Under the pieces are notes generated by a model. It made no database searches and had not been told where the DNA came from. It was given only the letters and a program-made list of their open reading frames with translations. Position numbers and translations under genes: made by a program. Source: Candidatus Thalassarchaeum betae (GTDB lineage: Archaea > Thermoplasmatota > Poseidoniia > Poseidoniales > Thalassarchaeaceae). From it: a DNA stretch of 64,000 bases. The stretch's first letter is position 1; every line of letters starts with the position of its first letter. Shown here piece after piece: positions 57,967-64,000 of the stretch. Where the stretch lies: NCBI GenBank assembly GCA_022447095.1, contig JAKUUP010000002.1, positions 16,841 to 80,840 on the forward strand. Reading direction: 5' to 3'.

Positions 57967-60900
57967 CTATTCTAGAGGAATCCACGACCCGGTGGCAGCA
58001 TCGAAGGTCAGGAGGCTCCCATCGGGGTTCTGTGCGAACACGGTTCCAGAGTCGTCCACCCAGACTAACTGGCCCTGTTCGTTCAGTTTCGCGTTGGCGG
58101 GTGCTGAAGGCGTCTCGAGCTCGGCCTCGAGCTCCTGGATGAACTGGTCGGAATCTAGAGTCTCTTCGACCTCAGGCTCCGTCTGGTACATCGGCTGAGA
58201 TTCAGAGGCCACGCTCTCGGTGTGCTCTGCGGACTCGGTGATTGTGGAATCGCCCCTTCGGCGCATCACCATAGTTCCTACTAGACCCAACACGAGCATG
58301 GCGCCCAGAACAGCGAATACGAATCCGTACTTCCCGAGAAGATCCTCCTCGAGATGTTTTGCGGGGTCGTTAGGGAAGGCATCGTCGTTGTCGCCGTAGC
58401 CGTCTCCATCGGAGTCGGCCCACTCGCGATGGTTGTTTGGGAACGCGTCGAGCGCGTCGTTGAAGCCGTCGTCGTCGGTGTCCGTGTCCTTCGGGTCTGT
58501 CGACATGACTTCTTCCTCGGAGTCGGTGAGTCCGTCGTTGTCGTCGTCCGGGTCCTCGTTATCACCCAGCCCATCCATGTCGTTGTCGTACCACTCGGTG
58601 GAGTCGAAGGGCAGGGCGTCAGCATCGTCAGGGAAGCCGTCGTTGTCGTCGTCCGCGTCCTCATCGGCGTCCTTGCACCCGTCAGCGTCGTTGTCCGAGC
58701 CGGGGCTGCTGGACCAACCCATCAAGCCCAGTGGGCACATGTCCACCCCGTCGTCGACGCCGTCCCCGTCGTCATCTAAGTCTGAGGCGTCGTGAATCCT
58801 GTCCCCATCCGTGTCGAGGTGGCAGTCCTCCTCCGAGTCAGCACCCACTTGCAGCGTGATGTGTCTCTCCGGACAATCCTCCACATCAGTGCTGCCTGTT
58901 CCGACCGCGTAGGTATCCAAGGGAGCCGGTATCTGCTCGGCCTGACCCTCATTGGGTGCGTAATGTCCGAGCATAGCATCCGAGCAGGACAGTTGGCCCA
59001 CTGCAGACTGGTAGGTGCCAGGGCTGCATGGAGTCTGTTCGGAACTGGCTTGACTGTCGACGTAGTGCCCTGCTTCGGAGGCCATGCAGTCGGAGCCACT
59101 ATCTGATGCAGAGGATGGATTGTAGGTTCCGGCAGGGCAGGGAGACTGGGACGTCATGCCGCTGTTGGTGACGAAGTACCCCGGGTCCGAGTCGAGGCAG
59201 GTGGTCTGACCCGAGTTCGGCTGGTAGGTGCCGGGGGCGCATTCAATCTGGTCGGCGAGGCCCGCGACGTCGGAGTAATGGCCGGGATCGACGTCGATGC
59301 AGTCGTCGCGGTCGTCAGAGCCGGTTGCTGAGTTGTAAGTGGTAGGGGGGCAGGGGGTCTGGGTTGCAGAGCCGTTGCTATCAACGTAGTTTCCTGACTC
59401 GGCATCTAGACAACTGGAGGCGCCGCTATCGGGTTGGAAGGTCCCCAACTGGCACTCGGCCTGAGTGGTTGATCCCAAGGCGGGGACGAAGTGCCCCGGG
59501 TCGGCATCGAGGCAGGAGTTCTGCCCGGTGCTGGGCTGGTAGGTGCCCACCTCACATCCCGACTGCGAGGACATGGCCTCCGACGAGGTATAGTGGCCTG
59601 CGTCTGTAGAGACACAGTCAGCGAGCGACGAGCTCCCGGAGTTCGGGTTGTAGGTCCCGGGGCGGCAGGCTGTCTGCTGAGTCGCTCCCGTGCCCTCGAC
59701 GTAGTACCCAGATGCAGCATCCGTGCAGGCACTCTGTGCCGTGTCAGGGTTGTACGTCCCCAAGCCGCATAGGGTCTGTGTAGTAGCCCCTCCTGAGTCG
59801 ACGTAGTTACCGGGGTCGGCGTCGAGGCACGAGGACTGTCCAGAGTTCGGTTGGTAATGGCCTGCCGTGCATGGGGTCTGATATGCCGATCCCTCTGCTG
59901 GCACTGAGTTGCCAGGGTCTGCGGGCAGACAAGCATCTGAACTCGAAGAGCCGGTGGATGGGTTGTAGGTCCCGGGCACGCAGGGAGTGGGCGATGTGGC
60001 CGCGGTGCTGTCGACGTAGTGGCCCGGTGGCGAGTCCATACATGATGAGGCTCCAGAACCAGGTTGGTATGAGCCGATGTCACAAGGAGTCTGGGAGGGA
60101 GAACCGGAAGAAGGAACATAGTAGCCTGGGTCTGCGAGATCGCACTTGTCCTGCCCCGACAGTGGCTGGTAGGAGCCGATATCACACGGGTTCTGAGTCG
60201 TGGAAGCCACGGCGTTGACGTAGTGACCTGGGTCGGCTAGCAGGCAGAATGATTGTCCCGTATTGGGCTGATAGGAGCCGATATCGCAAGGGTCTTGGCT
60301 AGTTGAGTTGTAGTACATTACGAAGTATCCGGCCGATGCGTCGATGCACGATGACTGCCCGGTGCTTGGCTGGTATGTGCCCGGGGCGCACGCGACATCG
60401 TCCGTGGCCCCCGTGGTGTTGACGTAGTGGCCAGCGTTAGCGGGAATCTGGTCTATGGCTCCAGATGTGTCGACGTAGTTCCCGAGGCTCGCTAGCAGGC
60501 ACGAGGACTGGCCTTGGAACGGCTGGTAGCTTCCCGGGCTGCACGCGGTCTGGGAGGTCGAGCCGTTATCAGGCACGTAATGACCTGGTGAGGCTTCCAC
60601 GCACGAGGACTCGTTGGAATAGGGCTGGTAGGTTCCCTCGGAGCACTGGTATTGCCCGGCACCAATCTCGACATCCACCGCCATCGACGGGTTACCGACG
60701 ACGGCTCCGTCGGTAGTGGAGAACAGCCATACTTGCAAGGTGTAGTGTCCGGTTCCGTTGTAGGGTGCCACCAGTATGTACAGGTTGGAATTGGCCGAGA
60801 AGTTCGTGTTGTTGGTCGAGGTCTCGTCGTATGCTGTGCTGTAACTCGAATTGAGCATGGTGAGGTTGTAGTCGTAGATGGCGAGATCGAAATCAGCGCC

Positions 60901-63075
60901 GGAAGGCGAGGTCAGGCCTACCGTCACCCCCATCTGCCTCGGCACCGACATCACGAACATATCCTGCACGTCACTGTTCGAATCGATGGATCCGTTGTAG
61001 TCTGCACTGTTGGCTGAGATGTTGAAGGCCGACGAGGAGTACGAGCCAGCATCACCAAAGTTGGGATTGGTATAGTTACCAGGTGAGCTGTCGACGCAGG
61101 AGGTCTGTCCCACATTGGGCTGATAAGTGCCTGCAGAGCACAGCGTCTGGGCAGATGCCTGAGTGGAGTCCACGTAGTTTCCTGCCGAGGCGGAGTAGCA
61201 CAGCGGGTATCCTGATTCCGGTTGGTATGCCCCTGCCTGGCAGGGCCGGTGATACAGGTCACCAGATAAAGCGAAGTGGCCTGGCTCAGCCTCGGTGCAA
61301 GTCAATCGTCCCCAAGATCCGGGGTCGCAGTTCATCCATCTCGCTGGGTTGCTGGGATAGGGGTCGTCGGGCACAGGGACGCCGTCGCCATCATCATCAC
61401 CTGCCATGTGTGTGTCCAAGGCATTCCGGGTGCCGTCGCCGTCCATATCTTGGTCGGAGTAGGCGATGTTGGCTCCGTCTGTGAAGTTCATTGTATGCGG
61501 GAGCAGCATGTTGTCTGAGGTGCCGTCGAACTCACCTGACTGCTGGCCCCAGCATTGCAGCGAGTAGTTGTCGAGGATTGCGCATGTCGAACCTGCTCCT
61601 GCGGAGATAGAAATGGCACTGCTGCCACTGCTGAGGCTCACGTGCACGGGAGTGTTGCCGTTTTGGCCATCACATCCACTGGTGCTGATTACCGAACTGC
61701 ATGTGCCGTCGCCCCACTGACCGTAGGTATTCACGCCCCAGCAGTTCATCGAGCCGTTGTCCAGGATTGCGCACATGTGATCGGAGGTCCCATCAATGGC
61801 GACTGCAGTCCTGCCAGCGGCGAAGTCAATATGGACAGAACCGTTTGTGACAGTCCCAAACATCGCGGTGACCGTGTAGGACTGACCCCAGCAGTACACG
61901 GAGCCATTCTCAAAGATGGCGCAGGCTCCATAGCCCGGAGTGGCTATAGCAACGGCTCGCATCCCTGTTGAGTGATTGACCTCTACTGGTACATTGCTGT
62001 GGGTGGTAGTACCGTCTCCTAGAACTCCGTAGAAGTTGCCACCCCAACACTTGATTGCGCCGGTGTTCGTTAACGCGCAAGTGGAATCGATTCCAGACGA
62101 GAGGGCTACAGCAGTGGTGTTGGTTCCTAGGTCAACGCTCACAGGTGAGTTCCTGTTTGCGTTGGACCCGTCCCCGAGTTGTCCGACGTTGTTCCTCCCC
62201 CAGCAACTGACTGAGCCGTCATCCAGTAGTGCGCAATTGTGGGAATTGCCGTCCGAGATTGCAGCTGCCATTCTGTTGCCGAGGTCAACTGTGCCGTTGC
62301 TGAGTGCGAAGGAGCCGATACCGAGTTGTCCGTAGTTGTTGACCCCTGTGCATCGGAGGCTGTAGTTGTCGAGTATAGCGCAAGAGCCAGCTATGGACAC
62401 GACGTCGTCTGAGGTGTAGACCGGGCTGCTGCTGTTGTTTGCTGAGGCGAAGGTGACGCGGGTGCCATTGTCCAGCACTAAGGTAGGAGATCCGGAGTTG
62501 AGTTCAAAGACGGAGTTGGAGAATACCGAACCCCTCTCCGAGCCGGCCTGATTCAGGGAGCTATTTGTCGAAGTGGTGGACTGAGAACTTGTCCAAGAGG
62601 AGTACCCCCAGGCATCTCCCGTATTGCCGCCGTTCCCATTGACGAAGTTCACCGCGAGGTAGAATGTGACGTCCCCGGAGCCGCTCGAAGGAGCGGTCCA
62701 ATCAACCGTCCAGGAGCGCGAGTTAGAGTTTGAATGGGTCACCTCATCGTTCTGTATCTTAGCATTCGAACCCGGGTTTGAGAATGCACCATGGGATGCA
62801 TCGAGATTGAAGCCTCCATTGGTCCCTGAAGGACCTCCAGAGCCCCCTATAGTGAGCGTGTACACCGCTCCACCAGAGTATCCAGAAGCGGGCAGACCCG
62901 AAAGTTCTGGAGTTACCGTGCCGGTGTTAGAGTGACACGCAGTACCTCCGCACCCGCTGTCAGATTTTCCCGTCTTGCCTGTGCTGTTGGCGAACGCCTC
63001 CTGCGGCACCGCAAGAACGAGTAAGAGCAGTAGTACCAACGCGATGTGTCTGGAACCCTTTTCCCCCATTTTCAT
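57967..63075 (-). CDS. Giant membrane-anchored surface protein (Reeler-like, RCC1 repeats, Cys-rich ephrin-receptor-like repeats, PPC-like domain, TSP3 Ca-binding repeats, TM)
   Basis: Signal peptide; GC....CH and W...WTAP..G.G.VTFY.A; CWG.N..GQLGDG; C.PG.YQP..GQ.SC; D.D.DG..D; C-terminal TM. Confidence 0.85.
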   Translation of the reverse strand: MKMGEKGSRHIALVLLLLLVLAVPQEAFANSTGKTGKSDSGCGGTACHSNTGTVTPELSGLPASGYSGGAVYTLTIGGSGGPSGTNGGFNLDASHGAFSNPGSNAKIQNDEVTHSNSNSRSWTVDWTAPSSGSGDVTFYLAVNFVNGNGGNTGDAWGYSSWTSSQSTTSTNSSLNQAGSERGSVFSNSVFELNSGSPTLVLDNGTRVTFASANNSSSPVYTSDDVVSIAGSCAILDNYSLRCTGVNNYGQLGIGSFALSNGTVDLGNRMAAAISDGNSHNCALLDDGSVSCWGRNNVGQLGDGSNANRNSPVSVDLGTNTTAVALSSGIDSTCALTNTGAIKCWGGNFYGVLGDGTTTHSNVPVEVNHSTGMRAVAIATPGYGACAIFENGSVYCWGQSYTVTAMFGTVTNGSVHIDFAAGRTAVAIDGTSDHMCAILDNGSMNCWGVNTYGQWGDGTCSSVISTSGCDGQNGNTPVHVSLSSGSSAISISAGAGSTCAILDNYSLQCWGQQSGEFDGTSDNMLLPHTMNFTDGANIAYSDQDMDGDGTRNALDTHMAGDDDGDGVPVPDDPYPSNPARWMNCDPGSWGRLTCTEAEPGHFALSGDLYHRPCQAGAYQPESGYPLCYSASAGNYVDSTQASAQTLCSAGTYQPNVGQTSCVDSSPGNYTNPNFGDAGSYSSSAFNISANSADYNGSIDSNSDVQDMFVMSVPRQMGVTVGLTSPSGADFDLAIYDYNLTMLNSSYSTAYDETSTNNTNFSANSNLYILVAPYNGTGHYTLQVWLFSTTDGAVVGNPSMAVDVEIGAGQYQCSEGTYQPYSNESSCVEASPGHYVPDNGSTSQTACSPGSYQPFQGQSSCLLASLGNYVDTSGAIDQIPANAGHYVNTTGATDDVACAPGTYQPSTGQSSCIDASAGYFVMYYNSTSQDPCDIGSYQPNTGQSFCLLADPGHYVNAVASTTQNPCDIGSYQPLSGQDKCDLADPGYYVPSSGSPSQTPCDIGSYQPGSGASSCMDSPPGHYVDSTAATSPTPCVPGTYNPSTGSSSSDACLPADPGNSVPAEGSAYQTPCTAGHYQPNSGQSSCLDADPGNYVDSGGATTQTLCGLGTYNPDTAQSACTDAASGYYVEGTGATQQTACRPGTYNPNSGSSSLADCVSTDAGHYTSSEAMSSQSGCEVGTYQPSTGQNSCLDADPGHFVPALGSTTQAECQLGTFQPDSGASSCLDAESGNYVDSNGSATQTPCPPTTYNSATGSDDRDDCIDVDPGHYSDVAGLADQIECAPGTYQPNSGQTTCLDSDPGYFVTNSGMTSQSPCPAGTYNPSSASDSGSDCMASEAGHYVDSQASSEQTPCSPGTYQSAVGQLSCSDAMLGHYAPNEGQAEQIPAPLDTYAVGTGSTDVEDCPERHITLQVGADSEEDCHLDTDGDRIHDASDLDDDGDGVDDGVDMCPLGLMGWSSSPGSDNDADGCKDADEDADDDNDGFPDDADALPFDSTEWYDNDMDGLGDNEDPDDDNDGLTDSEEEVMSTDPKDTDTDDDGFNDALDAFPNNHREWADSDGDGYGDNDDAFPNDPAKHLEEDLLGKYGFVFAVLGAMLVLGLVGTMVMRRRGDSTITESAEHTESVASESQPMYQTEPEVEETLDSDQFIQELEAELETPSAPANAKLNEQGQLVWVDDSGTVFAQNPDGSLLTFDAATGSWIPLE
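58365..58815 (-). repeat. Thrombospondin type-3-like Asp-rich calcium-binding repeats
   Basis: DTDGD, DDDGDGVDD, DNDADGC, DDDNDGFPD, DAFP.D..EW.D.DGDG.GDN. Confidence 0.85.
58820..60645 (-). repeat. About 17 tandem ~35-aa Cys repeats C.PG(T/S)Y(Q/N)P..GQSSC..A.PG.YV (about 3 more at 61070-61330)
   Basis: Counted by eye in the translation. Confidence 0.85.
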
Positions 63076-63196
63076 TCCCCGCTCGCAGTTCCATCGCTGT
63101 TTCGGTCAAAGAGGTTCGTCGGACTGGTCCGACAAGTGCCTATTATGGCCAAAAGCGAATCAGTAGGCATTATGACTATTCCTACGCCAAGATCGT

Positions 63197-64000
63197 TCAT
63201 GCATCACAACTGAGCACCAAACTCGCTACAGGGGGAAAATCAAGGCTGGCGGCTGCGAATGCCGATTCCACCGAGTTGAACGCCTCGCCCTTGGAAGCGG
63301 CCTTTGCACGAGCTGAGACCATTCTCCAAGCGCCTTTGCTGCCGATTCCCGGAATGGCCTCGAACTGCTGCTGTGTGGCAGAATTGATGTCGAGCCCTAC
63401 CTCAACGCCGGTGATGCTGCGCATGCCATGACCTGTCACCAGTATGTCCGAGCCGGTCTCTAGGGGAATCTTGTAGGGGACCCCGACGAGAATCGGGTAT
63501 GCGCCTATCTGCCGGCCGAAGGTGATGCCGGACGCACCATAGAGTGAAGCATCTCGGTAACTCGGGTCGAGGACCTGCTCGGGTCGGCGGATCCTATCGT
63601 CGTGCGCCTCCCACCAGACCTTCCGAAGAATTGTGCCAACCGGCAGCATCTCCTCAAGCAGGGGTCGGTCGATGTTCTCGCGTACCTCGCGCTTGAACTC
63701 GCGGAAGTTCTGCTCCGGAATTTGTTGGAAGCCCTGCCCCTCTACCTGCCGTATGTTGATTCTCCTCAGCCACAGGCCTTCGTTGCGCAGACTGTTTAGC
63801 AATTCGAGGTTCATGCGGTAGGTCCTCTCAGTCTCTCCATTCAGACCGGCGATGAAATTGAGCCCGGGCAGTAGCTTGGGCAGACCTCTCTCGCCTCGTT
63901 GCCTTCCATGCTCATTTACCAACCGGATGGCCGTCCGCAGTTGCTCGGGATCGCAGTTCAGCCAGTTTTGCTCATGCACCTTCGGGTCGGCCGACTCGAG
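63197..64000 (-). CDS. Radical SAM protein with C-terminal helix-hairpin-helix (COG1031-like), C-terminal part; start outside the window
   Basis: LESADP.V, LLPGLNFIAGL.GET, RRINIRQV, GRQIGAYPILVG, DINSA......IPGIG.K.A. Confidence 0.82.
   Translation of the reverse strand, partial: LESADPKVHEQNWLNCDPEQLRTAIRLVNEHGRQRGERGLPKLLPGLNFIAGLNGETERTYRMNLELLNSLRNEGLWLRRINIRQVEGQGFQQIPEQNFREFKREVRENIDRPLLEEMLPVGTILRKVWWEAHDDRIRRPEQVLDPSYRDASLYGASGITFGRQIGAYPILVGVPYKIPLETGSDILVTGHGMRSITGVEVGLDINSATQQQFEAIPGIGSKGAWRMVSARAKAASKGEAFNSVESAFAAASLDFPPVASLVLSCDA

Noticed and set aside
62930-62960. c-type heme site in CGGTACH
   Set aside because: Spacing is CX4CH and no cytochrome maturation genes are visible; a disulfide or metal site is equally plausible
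63150-63196. Small RNA or riboswitch around GTAGG...CCTAC
   Set aside because: Only a 5-bp stem with no recognisable family motif
1-64000. Inteins, programmed frameshifts, selenocysteine/pyrrolysine readthrough, rRNA, SRP or RNase P RNA
   Set aside because: Genes are of expected length and uninterrupted, and no spacer is long enough for these RNAs

Overview
Gene-dense, roughly 58-60% GC (estimated by eye) archaeal chromosome segment, most consistent with Marine Group II Euryarchaeota (Poseidoniales). This rests on archaeal information genes (PolD small subunit, aIF2-alpha, Nop10, PAC2, L37e/L40e/L44e/S27e, archaeal TyrRS and AspRS, LonB) mixed with bacterial-type catabolic genes and giant acidic surface proteins. 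About 55 CDSs and three CCA-encoding tRNAs (Val-TAC, Ser-CGA, Val-CAC). I saw no rRNA, CRISPR array, integrase or transposase. Most interesting: (1) a tightly coupled formyltransferase-SDR-luciferase-like monooxygenase-class 3 asparaginase-ALDH8(-FabH) cluster that may be a non-canonical tryptophan/kynurenine or N-acyl-aromatic catabolic route; (2) a Cas4/AddB-like Fe-S nuclease fused to two RPA-like OB folds; (3) a glycine-cleavage H-like protein without the lipoyl lysine, a minimal SerK-like kinase and a bacterial class II CCA-adding enzyme side by side; (4) a 1702-aa surface protein built from Reeler-, RCC1-, ephrin-receptor-like Cys and TSP3 repeats. All calls come from motif recognition only; no searches were run.
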